Notes under the pieces: model-generated
Databases searched by the model: none
Told to the model about the DNA's origin: nothing
Seen by the model: only the letters and a program-made list of their open reading frames with translations
Source: an uncultured Geobacter sp.
Lineage (GTDB): Bacteria; Desulfobacterota; Desulfuromonadia; Geobacterales; Pseudopelobacteraceae
Assembly (NCBI GenBank): GCA_964582605.1
Contig: CAZOTC010000001.1
Coordinates: 1-41,873, forward strand
Direction: 5' to 3'
Length of the DNA stretch: 41,873 nucleotides
Made by a program: the position numbers and the translations under genes
In this document: positions 1 to 8,518 of the stretch, piece by piece
Numbering within the stretch: the first letter of the stretch is position 1
How the letters are laid out: each line of letters begins with the position of its first letter

Positions 1-1095
1 GGTACTTCTGGCACCTTCGGCACGGATCTTCTTCATAGTCCAGCCCAGCTCCTTGGCGGTACGGAGTACATCACGGTCAAGCTGGTCACGCTTACCCTTG
101 TAGGTTGCTTCAAAGGTTGTCTTTCCACCGCCTGATTCAACCTCCTTGGCACCGGTTGCCAAGGGGAATTTTTCGAACATTTCGGTGAATTGTGCAATCT
201 GCTCCGGATCGTCTACACCATCAATGATTATGGTGTACATGGCACCGTTCTGCTGCTGGTCCATCCAGTGCTTTTGCAGTACATCAATCATGGGGTTAAC
301 AATTTTCTTGCCGCCTTCACGAGCTGCCTTTTCCAGGGCCTGATCGACAGTCTGCCCCATGCCTGATTGTTCAACCTTCTTGCTGGTGATAACCTGTGAA
401 CGGGTATTGTCAATCAGCTGAGTCTTGACGTTTAACAGGACGCTCTTGCCGATGGCCCCTTCTCTCACCACACCGCTGACATTATAGAAGAGGGTGTATT
501 CGGCATGAAACTTCAGGCCGTATGCCGCAGCCTTGTTCAGGTCTACATCAATCTCGTGGGTCTCTGCCTGCTGCATCGCAAACTTCTCGGCTGAAGCCTT
601 GTCCACCACCCTGAACTGTTTGTCGGTCAAGGATTCAACAATACCGTTGTAGATTTCGTCAGTGAATTCTTTGTCCTTGAAGATCTTGTCCTTGGATTTG
701 TTGCTGAAGGCCACCAGGATGCGCGGATTTCCCACCACGGCGTTCTTGCGCAGGATAGTCAGGGCGTCAATGTCGCCTTTCAGGAGTTTGTTGTCCACTG
801 TGGCCGAAATGGTTACCGTGAAACCATCAGCAGTCTTTGACTCGTTGGTGATTTTGTAGCGGGTGACATAGCCCTTACTGTGGGAAAGAATTTTGTCGTC
901 AACCAGGGCTGAATCAACCACGGTACTCTCTGATTTGATGAAGGTGCCTACGCCCTGTTCAACTGCCCGGCGCATGGCCGTTGCCAGTGCTGCATCCTTG
1001 GTGGGGCCTTCACCGGTTGCAGTGACGGCTGCAGCCAGGGCCACACTGCTATAAACAAGTACCATGCCCAGGACCAGTAAAATAATACGTTTCAT
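1..1095 (-). CDS. Exported FlgT-N/LPP20-like protein (3' end just outside the window)
   Basis: Absent from the ORF track because it runs off the edge. Manual translation: MKRIILLVLGMVLVYSSVALAAAVTATGEG..AMRRAVEQGVGTFIKSES.. with signal peptide and AGGAGG RBS at about 1105-1110. Open to position 1; C-terminal two-thirds paralogous to 1109..1927. Confidence 0.8.
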   Translation of the reverse strand, partial: MKRIILLVLGMVLVYSSVALAAAVTATGEGPTKDAALATAMRRAVEQGVGTFIKSESTVVDSALVDDKILSHSKGYVTRYKITNESKTADGFTVTISATVDNKLLKGDIDALTILRKNAVVGNPRILVAFSNKSKDKIFKDKEFTDEIYNGIVESLTDKQFRVVDKASAEKFAMQQAETHEIDVDLNKAAAYGLKFHAEYTLFYNVSGVVREGAIGKSVLLNVKTQLIDNTRSQVITSKKVEQSGMGQTVDQALEKAAREGGKKIVNPMIDVLQKHWMDQQQNGAMYTIIIDGVDDPEQIAQFTEMFEKFPLATGAKEVESGGGKTTFEATYKGKRDQLDRDVLRTAKELGWTMKKIRAEGARST

Positions 1096-1108
1096 AAATT
1101 GATTCCTC

Positions 1109-1927
1109 CTATCGGATTTTCCAGGTGCTTCGATTGCCTTCAGAACGAACTTTCTGTAATTGTAACCCATGGGTAGCGGCAAGTTTCAGGAGATCGCGTT
1201 CCAACTGATCCCGGCGAACCTTGATGATAATTTCAAAAGTAGTTTTGCCGCCGCCTGCCTCAAGCTCTTTAAGTGCAGCAACAGCAGGGGTTTTTTCAAG
1301 CAAACCGGCAAGACGCTCTGCCTGGGATTCCCTGCCTTCAAACACCATGGTAATAGTCCGGCCCTCGCTCCCTGCCTGCTGTACATGCAGTTCAATCCCT
1401 TTGGCAAGTTGCTCGGTCAGTTTTTTGCCGGCATTTCTGGCCGCTTTTTCGATCGCATCTTCCGTGGTATGTCCGGTTGATGACGCTTCGGCTGACTTGG
1501 CCGTGATGATTCTGGCACCAGTGTTGTCTACTACCTTGGCACTCACCCGCACCAGGGCGCCAACTCCTTTTTCCGGGTCTTTGACGATGGTGGATGTCTT
1601 GAAGTGGATAGTGTATTCGGCAAGAAATTGCAGGCCGTAGGCAGCGGCCTTGTTCAGGACAGGATCTATCTCGTGGGTGGCGGCAATCTGGACTGAAGCC
1701 TGCTCGGCAGCGGCGCGGTCAACTACCCGGTAACCATGGTCGGTCAGGTACTCAACCATGCTGTCGTAGACGTCAGACTGGGACTTGAGCTCGCGGGTAA
1801 TGTTTCCGGCACCGGAGGCGCGGATCAGCAGCAAACGCTCACCATCGGCCGGTTTGACTGCTGATGCGTTGTCAGCTGTCATGACGGCAACAAACAACAG
1901 AAGAAGGAGCAAACATATCTGACGCAC
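1109..1927 (-). CDS. Exported protein, paralog of the C-terminal part of the adjacent gene (FlgT/CsgG-like fold suspected)
   Basis: 272 aa with signal peptide. Shares RVVD.A.AE, THEID..LNKAAAYGL.F.AEYT, GGGKTTFE and RDQL.RD motifs with 1..1095. Confidence 0.75.
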   Translation of the reverse strand: MRQICLLLLLLFVAVMTADNASAVKPADGERLLLIRASGAGNITRELKSQSDVYDSMVEYLTDHGYRVVDRAAAEQASVQIAATHEIDPVLNKAAAYGLQFLAEYTIHFKTSTIVKDPEKGVGALVRVSAKVVDNTGARIITAKSAEASSTGHTTEDAIEKAARNAGKKLTEQLAKGIELHVQQAGSEGRTITMVFEGRESQAERLAGLLEKTPAVAALKELEAGGGKTTFEIIIKVRRDQLERDLLKLAATHGLQLQKVRSEGNRSTWKIR

Positions 1928-2013
1928 AGTAATGTATCCTTTGTGATCTGACCAGTTGTCTGACGGAAACGGTATCTTTTTATAAGCATAGCAGAAACTG
2001 AAAACAGTTCAAG

Positions 2014-2919
2014 TTACCAGTCGTCGGAAGACCCCCCACCGTCAAAATCTCCGCCACCACCTTCAAAGCTGTCTCCACCGGATGATGAGCTGCTACCGCC
2101 ACCACCACCGTAGAAGATGGTTGGCCCTCCCCAGCCGGATGAACCGCCACCCCGCCCTGATGCATTGAATAGTCTCATCAACAGGCTGATCAGGAGTCCG
2201 GCGGCACCTCCCAGCAAGGCAAGGACACCGAGCTTCCAGAACACAGCACCCAAGCCAATGCCGGCTGCAACCGGCAAGCCGATGGCCCCTGACAGGGTAC
2301 CTGCCGCACGTGAAGAAGCTCCGGCTGCGGCAGTAATGACCAGAGCAATCAGCAGCAATACAAGAAAGAGGCCGTATCCGTTACTCTTTTTTTTGTGAGC
2401 CGACTTTTTTTCTGCTGGAGATGCCTTGAACTCGCCTTTAGTCGCGTCAATGATGGCAGAAAGTCCGGCGCTGACCCCCTTGTCTGCATCACCGGCACGA
2501 AGTGCCGGTGCAATAACGTTACGGATGATCTGGCCGGCAGTGATATCAGGCAGGACCCCCTGCAGGCCGGTGCCGACTTCTATCCTGATTTTGCGTTCTT
2601 TTTTGGCAAGTATCAGCAAGACTCCGTTACTTTTATCCTTCTGACCTATCTTCCAGGTTTCTGCAACCCTGATTGCAAAGCCTTCGATGGTATCACCTTC
2701 CAGGGAAGGAACGGTAAGCAACACCACCTGATTGGTTGTTTCCTGTTCAAAAGCTGCCAGTTTACGCTCAAGTGACTGGGCGACAGCCTGGGAGAGCATG
2801 CCGGCATAGTCGTTGATTCTGCCTTTGAGCGGTGGCGCTTCAAGGGCAGCCGCAGGCTGTATCAGGATCGACAGGAACAGGAGCGAAAGGAGCAGGCGAT
2901 TGAAGGCGTACAGGCGCAT
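2014..2919 (-). CDS. TPM-domain (YgcG-like) membrane protein
   Basis: INDYAGMLS, WKIGQKDKSNGVLL, IRIEVGTGLQG, Gly-rich tail ending GGGDFDGGGSSDDW; adjacent to lemA. Confidence 0.92.
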   Translation of the reverse strand: MRLYAFNRLLLSLLFLSILIQPAAALEAPPLKGRINDYAGMLSQAVAQSLERKLAAFEQETTNQVVLLTVPSLEGDTIEGFAIRVAETWKIGQKDKSNGVLLILAKKERKIRIEVGTGLQGVLPDITAGQIIRNVIAPALRAGDADKGVSAGLSAIIDATKGEFKASPAEKKSAHKKKSNGYGLFLVLLLIALVITAAAGASSRAAGTLSGAIGLPVAAGIGLGAVFWKLGVLALLGGAAGLLISLLMRLFNASGRGGGSSGWGGPTIFYGGGGGSSSSSGGDSFEGGGGDFDGGGSSDDW

Positions 2920-2940
2920 AAGATGCCTCGTAAAAACCGG

Positions 2941-3525
2941 TTAGAACTTTACTTTGGGCGCTGTCTTTGCCCCTTCTTCAGCCTTGAACGGCTCCTTGCG
3001 CTTCAGATGCAACAGCAGTGAGTTGGTCAGGCTGTTGGGGAAGGTGCGGATGCTGGTGTTAAACACCTGCACCGTCTTGTTGTAGCGCTCACGGGCTACG
3101 TTGATCCGGTTTTCGGTTCCTTCAAGCTGTTTTTGCAGATCCAGAAAGTTCTGGTTGGCCTTCAGGTCCGGATACTTCTCGGCAACCACCATCAAACGGG
3201 AGAGGGCTGAGGAAAGCTCGCCCTGGTTTTGCTGAAACCTGGTCAGCGCAGAAGGATCATTGATGACTTCCTTGCTGAGCTGCATTGAACCGACCTTTGC
3301 CCGCGCCTCGGTAACCGCCTTGAGGGTATCGGCTTCATGTTTTGCATATCCCTTGACCACCTCTACCAGATTGGGGATCAGGTCATTACGGCGTTGATAG
3401 GCAGACTCAACGTTTCCCCAAGCCGCGATAACCGCCTCCTCATTGGCCTGCATAGTGTTGTAGCCGCATCCGGAAAGACATGACAGCAGTAACAGTGCAA
3501 AAATACTTAAAAAAATACGTTTCAT
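2941..3525 (-). CDS. lemA: LemA family protein
   Basis: YQRRNDLIPNLVEVVKGYA, EKYPDLKANQNF, LEGTENRINVARERYN. Confidence 0.96.
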   Translation of the reverse strand: MKRIFLSIFALLLLSCLSGCGYNTMQANEEAVIAAWGNVESAYQRRNDLIPNLVEVVKGYAKHEADTLKAVTEARAKVGSMQLSKEVINDPSALTRFQQNQGELSSALSRLMVVAEKYPDLKANQNFLDLQKQLEGTENRINVARERYNKTVQVFNTSIRTFPNSLTNSLLLHLKRKEPFKAEEGAKTAPKVKF

Positions 3526-3809
3526 ACCTGTGTCTCCTCGTTAAGTGTGGGGTCGTTGTCAGAAAACCGAATCTTCATTGCCGTTAACAACAGGTTGCAG
3601 GTCAACGGCGTGATGTTGGCAAAAATAAGAGGGAGATCAGCAATAAGAATACCGTAGATCAGCCATAATGCAATCCCGATGGATAAAAGAAGCGGCTGCC
3701 AGATCGAGAGGTCCCGAACATGCCTGCTTCTCCAGGTCTTAATGACCTGTGGTAGTGCCGCAATGCTGGTAATGAGTCCGGCAGTCATGCCGATCAAGGT
3801 TTCATTCAT
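3522..3809 (-). CDS. SemiSWEET / PQ-loop transporter
   Basis: 95 aa, three TM helices, ALPQVIKTWRSR..DLS, LWLIYG, PLIFAN. Confidence 0.9.
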   Translation of the reverse strand: MNETLIGMTAGLITSIAALPQVIKTWRSRHVRDLSIWQPLLLSIGIALWLIYGILIADLPLIFANITPLTCNLLLTAMKIRFSDNDPTLNEETQV

Positions 3810-4546
3810 GGTGATTTTTTCCGGTCACTGAAATTGCCTGCCGCCCAGTCGATCTGTGAAAACATGCCGCGCAGAATTGCCACTTCCCGGCTGTCAAGCC
3901 CGGCTCGAAAAAAGATGCGGCGCATGGAGCGCATCATGTGATCAGGGTTCTGAGGGTTTAAGTGGCCGATTCGAAGCAGGGTCCGCTCCATGTGGTCGAA
4001 GAGGGGCTCTATTTCGCCGGATGATGCCGGTACCCGGTCAGCTGCAGGAACGTCCGACCCGGAGGCGAGGCCGAACAACTCATAGCAGAAGACAAGTACC
4101 GCCTGAGCAAGGTTTAGTGAGCCGTATTCAGCATTGGAAGGGATCGTTGCCTGCAGACTGCAGAGAGAGAGCTCGTCAGTTGAAAGTCCGTGATCTTCTC
4201 TGCCGAACACCAGGGCTGCCGACCCCGGGGCGTTCAGGAGGGCTTTGGCAGCCTGTGGAGGGGTAAGCAGCTCCTGCCGGTATTTGCCGCTGCGCCGCGT
4301 GGTGGCAACCGAAATGCTTATGTCTGCCAGAGCATCTGCCAGCGAACTGAACAGCGTAGCCTGTTCAAGCAGATCTTTAGCAGAAACCGCAAACTTGAAT
4401 GCCTCGGGGTGCAGGTGGTCGCAGCCGGATACCAGCCGTAAGTTTGAAAGCCCCATGTTCTTCATGGCGCGGCAGACCATGCCGATGTTGCCTGGCGACT
4501 GGGGGCCGACAAGTATGACCGAAAGGTGGTTGAGTGACTGTGGCAT
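3806..4546 (-). CDS. trmJ: SPOUT RNA methyltransferase, TrmJ/LasT family
   Basis: PGNIGMVCRAMKNMG, VFGREDHGLS, YGSLNLAQAV. Confidence 0.9.
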   Translation of the reverse strand: MPQSLNHLSVILVGPQSPGNIGMVCRAMKNMGLSNLRLVSGCDHLHPEAFKFAVSAKDLLEQATLFSSLADALADISISVATTRRSGKYRQELLTPPQAAKALLNAPGSAALVFGREDHGLSTDELSLCSLQATIPSNAEYGSLNLAQAVLVFCYELFGLASGSDVPAADRVPASSGEIEPLFDHMERTLLRIGHLNPQNPDHMMRSMRRIFFRAGLDSREVAILRGMFSQIDWAAGNFSDRKKSP

Positions 4547-4569
4547 AAAGGAGTCTTGGTTGTACTGAG

Positions 4570-5565
4570 TCAGGCCGACAGGCGCTCGGTAATTTCAGTG
4601 CGCATAAGATCAATCATCTCCTCAACTCTGGCTTCAGGGTCGATGTCAGGCGATTGCGCGGCCATTGCGGCAAGAAAAGCGATTGCCTTCCGGCTGTCAA
4701 GGAGTGACGCCTTGCCACCGACAAGATCCAGCAGGCTCAATACCAGTTCAGCCCCCTGTCGCCCCAGATAGGCTTTGGCAATTTCTTGCAGGTCATCAAC
4801 GGCTTCGTCAATCTTTGCGGTATCGGCTGGAGCAGACTGCAAGCTTTCCTGGACAGCTTCGGGTTCTGGTGTTGCCGCTGGTGCAGGAGGCGGTGATGAT
4901 TTGGCTTCGTTGGTGCTGCGTCGGTTGACCGCAGCCTGCCAGAGGCGATCAATATTCAGTGCTTCAAGCAGGTTGCTATGCATCAGTTCATCAGCGGTTG
5001 TACTGTTGCGGATCTCGAGTGTAGCACCGGGAAGGGATGCAACCTTCTGTGTCTCGGTCGGCGTGGCCTCAATCTCACTGGCAGCATCATGGTAAAAACC
5101 GATCGGGGCGCCATTTTTATAAAAGATCAGGGCGGAACGCTCGGCTGCTGTAAACTGCACGGTACCGTTCAGAGCTATGGTCTTCATACGGGCCAGCGTT
5201 GCCTTGAGGTCAATACTGCTAACCGGCTCCGGTTTCATGATGATCGTTCCATGCAACAAAGCATGGATGCAGACAGCCAGATCGACCGACAACCGATAGA
5301 CGTTTATGACGCCGCTTTCCGAAAGGGCATGTTCAAACAAACCGGTAAAGGCCTCGAAGCCGTTTTTACGCTGTGGCCCTTCAAGCAGCATAATACTGAT
5401 CAAGGCGCCTTTGATGAAAATCAGGTATCCTTCTGCGCTGCCGGAACCGAAGCCAAGATACCCGGTAAAACCGCCACTTCCCATTTTCTTAAGAACTTCA
5501 GGCAGATTGATCTTTTCGAGCGGAATATTTTCATAAAGCGGGTTTGATCGTGGCAGGAGAACCAT
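4570..5565 (-). CDS. Hypothetical protein with two tandem DUF4388/PATAN-like domains and a C-terminal helical extension
   Basis: 331 aa, AGAGG RBS. Internal repeat (FTGYL..EGYLIFIKG / LNGTV..SALIFYKNG); paralog of 7687..8364. Confidence 0.7.
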   Translation of the reverse strand: MVLLPRSNPLYENIPLEKINLPEVLKKMGSGGFTGYLGFGSGSAEGYLIFIKGALISIMLLEGPQRKNGFEAFTGLFEHALSESGVINVYRLSVDLAVCIHALLHGTIIMKPEPVSSIDLKATLARMKTIALNGTVQFTAAERSALIFYKNGAPIGFYHDAASEIEATPTETQKVASLPGATLEIRNSTTADELMHSNLLEALNIDRLWQAAVNRRSTNEAKSSPPPAPAATPEPEAVQESLQSAPADTAKIDEAVDDLQEIAKAYLGRQGAELVLSLLDLVGGKASLLDSRKAIAFLAAMAAQSPDIDPEARVEEMIDLMRTEITERLSA

Positions 5566-5700
5566 GGCAACCTCTTGTTTCAGTTGTGTAGATAAGTATC
5601 CAGTGTATGTATAGGTACTTTATTTGGCCGATGGTGTCAAAGAGGTTTCGACTGTGTTTAAAACTGTCCGGAACTACGGGTAAAATTGGTGTTAAGTGCC

Positions 5701-5729
5701 TTGACAGTTCATGGCATTTATATTATGTT
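5701..5729 (+). promoter_or_regulatory. Sigma70-type promoter for the TPR gene
   Basis: TTGACA-17-TATGTT in an AT-rich divergent intergenic region. Confidence 0.55.
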
Positions 5730-5773
5730 TACAAGATTAATAGTAAAACAAAACAGAAGATATTCTCGAGGTT

Positions 5774-7609
5774 TTGGTGGCCAACAAGGATTCCTTGATA
5801 GCTGATGCCCAGAAGTTGCTGCAAAAAGGGCAGACTGACAAAGCAATTACCTGTTATCAGGAGGCTCTGAAGGCTGATCCCGGCGACCAGCGCCTGCGAC
5901 AGCGCCTAGCGGAACTGTTGGTCAAGTATCGGCGATTTGATGAGGCGCGTAAAGCGTTTGAGCAGATTGGCCGCACTCTTTCTTCAGGCGGTTTCTATTT
6001 AAAGGCAATTGCGGTTTATAAACAGATAGAAAAACTGTTTCCCGATGATATCGGTATTGCACTGGTTCTGGCATCGCTGAATGAACAACATGGGCTGTCT
6101 GCAAATGCCTTGGCTGAATACAAACGAGCCTTTGACCATTTTGAGCAGCTGCAGAACTACGCTGAGGCACTGAGTGCTCTCGAGGCGATGCAGCGGATAG
6201 ACAGCCATAACCCGAATATCAAGTTGAAGTACGCTGAAGTTCTGTTTCAACAAGGCAAGACAGCAGAAGCGCTGGAGGCGTTCCGGGCACTTGGCTTTCT
6301 GCTTGTCGAACGCCGTGACGAAGGTGCGTTTGTCAGACTTGCGGAGCGGATCAGTCAGCTTTTTCCTGATAAGCCGGATTTCAGCTGTTCCGTTATCGAG
6401 CAAAAAATCACTGACGGCAGTGCTGAACAGGCCGCTGCACTGTTACAGTTGCTGATCAAGGCCAAACCTCAGTACTATCCTGCCTGGCGCCTGCTCATAC
6501 TTGCCTATACCTCTCTTGAGAATAATGCCCGGCTCAAGATGATCTGTCAGCACTGCATCAAACTTTTCCCGTCAGAGACGTTTCCACGTCAGGCCCTGAT
6601 AAACTGCCTGATTGAAGAAAAGGATATCCAGGCAGCCCTTGATACGCTTGATGAGAGCGAAGAGCTGTTCGTGCGTAACGGAGCAGCACAGCTGTTGCGA
6701 CAATTTTACCTGCGTGTGAATGAGCTGGCGCCAATTAATGTGCGTGTTCTGAAGGGGTGTGCCAGAACCTGTGAGTTGGCTGGAAAGAGTGATGAAGCAG
6801 CTGGTTTTACGGCGAAGATAGGTTCATTGGCTGGCCTGGGAGGAGGAAACAGCGCGCCGCCGCCTGCTGAAGAACCTTTCATGCTTGAACTTGAACCGCA
6901 AGAAACCGAGTTGGAGCCGGGACCGGAACTTGAGCCTGAACCTGAGTTTTCAGTTGCATTTGCAGAGGAAGAGGCGGCTGTTGAACCAGCTATTGAGACG
7001 GGACCTCGTGAACTTGATCCGGAACATTTTTCAGATGCCGGTTTTTATGAAATCGAGGTTGAGCTGGATGATGATTTTGGTGATGTCCCCCTGACTCCTG
7101 CCAATACCTGGTTTGATACGGTTAATGATATCTTTGATAATATTCAGACTGAAACAGGCAAGGTCCGTTTTGGTGAGGGTATTGATAATGGTGACGCACA
7201 TTCCCAATACGATCTTGGTCTTGCCTTTCACGAGATGGGGCTCTACGATGAAGCAATCAATGCGTTTCGTCAGGCTGCTGAAGATCCGGAACGGCGCATG
7301 TCCTGCCTGATTCTTCAGGGGGCATGTCTGCGGGACAAAGGGGACCTGCAGCGTGCGGAGAGCGCCCTGTTGACTCTGCTTGAATCACCGTCACTTTCCC
7401 GTGAGGATGCCTGTGCCTTAAAATACGAGCTTGCCTTGACCTGTGCCGCACAGGGAAATCAGGACCAGGCGCAAGCGTATTTCCAGGAGGTGGAGCAGCT
7501 CAACCCGGCATTCCGTGATGTGGGGACGCGTTTGCATGCCTCTCCGGGAGAACAGGGTGAGTCATTTGACTTTGATGAAGATGAACTGCTTGATTTTGAG
7601 CTTAAATAA
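5774..7609 (+). CDS. TPR protein, SgmX/Bd2492-like (N-terminal TPRs, acidic linker, C-terminal TPRs)
   Basis: AQKLLQKG..DKAI..Y, GFYLKAIAVYKQI, acidic ELEPE linker, C-terminal QYDLGLAFHEMGLYDEAI. Confidence 0.8.
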   Translation: MVANKDSLIADAQKLLQKGQTDKAITCYQEALKADPGDQRLRQRLAELLVKYRRFDEARKAFEQIGRTLSSGGFYLKAIAVYKQIEKLFPDDIGIALVLASLNEQHGLSANALAEYKRAFDHFEQLQNYAEALSALEAMQRIDSHNPNIKLKYAEVLFQQGKTAEALEAFRALGFLLVERRDEGAFVRLAERISQLFPDKPDFSCSVIEQKITDGSAEQAAALLQLLIKAKPQYYPAWRLLILAYTSLENNARLKMICQHCIKLFPSETFPRQALINCLIEEKDIQAALDTLDESEELFVRNGAAQLLRQFYLRVNELAPINVRVLKGCARTCELAGKSDEAAGFTAKIGSLAGLGGGNSAPPPAEEPFMLELEPQETELEPGPELEPEPEFSVAFAEEEAAVEPAIETGPRELDPEHFSDAGFYEIEVELDDDFGDVPLTPANTWFDTVNDIFDNIQTETGKVRFGEGIDNGDAHSQYDLGLAFHEMGLYDEAINAFRQAAEDPERRMSCLILQGACLRDKGDLQRAESALLTLLESPSLSREDACALKYELALTCAAQGNQDQAQAYFQEVEQLNPAFRDVGTRLHASPGEQGESFDFDEDELLDFELK

Positions 7610-7623
7610 GGACTTCCCATAAA

Positions 7624-7672
7624 CAGACAGAAAAGGCCCCGTTGCAATCGCAAACGGGGCCTTTTCTGTCTG
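7624..7672. terminator. Bidirectional intrinsic terminator between convergent genes
   Basis: CAGACAGAAAAGGCCCCGTT-loop-AACGGGGCCTTTTCTGTCTG, perfect 20-bp arms. Confidence 0.85.
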
Positions 7673-7686
7673 CCTGGTCAACTTTG

Positions 7687-8364
7687 TCAGCTTTGGTCAA
7701 CCCTGCTTTGATGACGAGTAACGGCTGTCTTCCAGATGTTGCTGATATTGACCATCTCAAGCAGGTCCTGGGCCATAAGTTCATCAACACTGACCGTGCT
7801 GTACATATCAAGCTTTGCCGCAGGATCCTGTGCCAGCTGTTGTGAATCTGCAGGAGATGCTTCAATTTCCTGTGAGCCGTCATGGAAGAAACCCAGTGGA
7901 TTACCTTCTTTGTAAAAAATCATGGCTGAACGGTCCGAAGTGTAGATCCTCAGACAGCAGTTCATCTGTTCATTCTTTACTTTTTCAAGTAGGGTTTTGA
8001 TGTCGATCAGGGCCAGTTCCTGTGCCCGGTAACGTACTTCACCCTGCAAAAGCGCGTGGATGCACATGGTGAGGTCATCTGAAAGGCGGTACACATTCAA
8101 CTGACTGCCGGTGGTGGACACCATCTGCTCGGCCAGGGCAGTTATGGCTTCAAAGCCGCCCAGGCTGGTACCTGTGCTGTTTTCTATAATGACACTGACC
8201 AGCTTGCCGGATTCAAAGACCATGATGCCGACAGCGTTCTGGAAGGTCAGGCTGGCATACCCGGTAAAGCAACCGTTGGCAAGCTTGGTTATGATATTAT
8301 CAAGCTGCAGATCGCTGGCATCCAGATTTTCAAAAAGCGGTGTGCCTTTCGGGAGACGAAGCAT
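7687..8364 (-). CDS. Hypothetical protein, tandem DUF4388/PATAN-like domains (paralog of 4570..5565)
   Basis: Start moved to ATG 8364 (GGAGG RBS). MLRLPKGTPLFENL vs MVLLPRSNPLYENI; shared NVYRLS.DL..CIHALL.G and RSA.IFYK.G.P.GF.HD. Confidence 0.75.
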   Translation of the reverse strand: MLRLPKGTPLFENLDASDLQLDNIITKLANGCFTGYASLTFQNAVGIMVFESGKLVSVIIENSTGTSLGGFEAITALAEQMVSTTGSQLNVYRLSDDLTMCIHALLQGEVRYRAQELALIDIKTLLEKVKNEQMNCCLRIYTSDRSAMIFYKEGNPLGFFHDGSQEIEASPADSQQLAQDPAAKLDMYSTVSVDELMAQDLLEMVNISNIWKTAVTRHQSRVDQS

Positions 8365-8422
8365 GCTGAAACCTCCTGCAGTGGTGTCGAAAGATGTTTG
8401 TTGTATACACAACATTGTCTTT

Positions 8423-8451
8423 TAGATAGAGCAGAATTGCAGGTATGTCAA
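8423..8451 (-). promoter_or_regulatory. Putative sigma70 promoter
   Basis: TTGACA-17-TATCTA on the minus strand; TTGTATACAC box (8401-8410) just downstream. Confidence 0.4.
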
Positions 8452-8479
8452 AGTGTAATTGTACGGAATAATCAAAGGG

Positions 8480-8510
8480 CCGGGCGTACGAATATTTTTC
8501 GTACGCCCGG
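8480..8510 (-). terminator. Intrinsic terminator of maeB
   Basis: CCGGGCGTACGAA-TATTT-TTCGTACGCCCGG hairpin right after the stop. Confidence 0.7.
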
Positions 8511-8518
8511 TTGCAGTA

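Noticed and set aside
6884-6947. Short tandem repeats in the TPR gene
   Set aside because: Explained by a low-complexity ELEPE protein linker; not CRISPR or VNTR-like.
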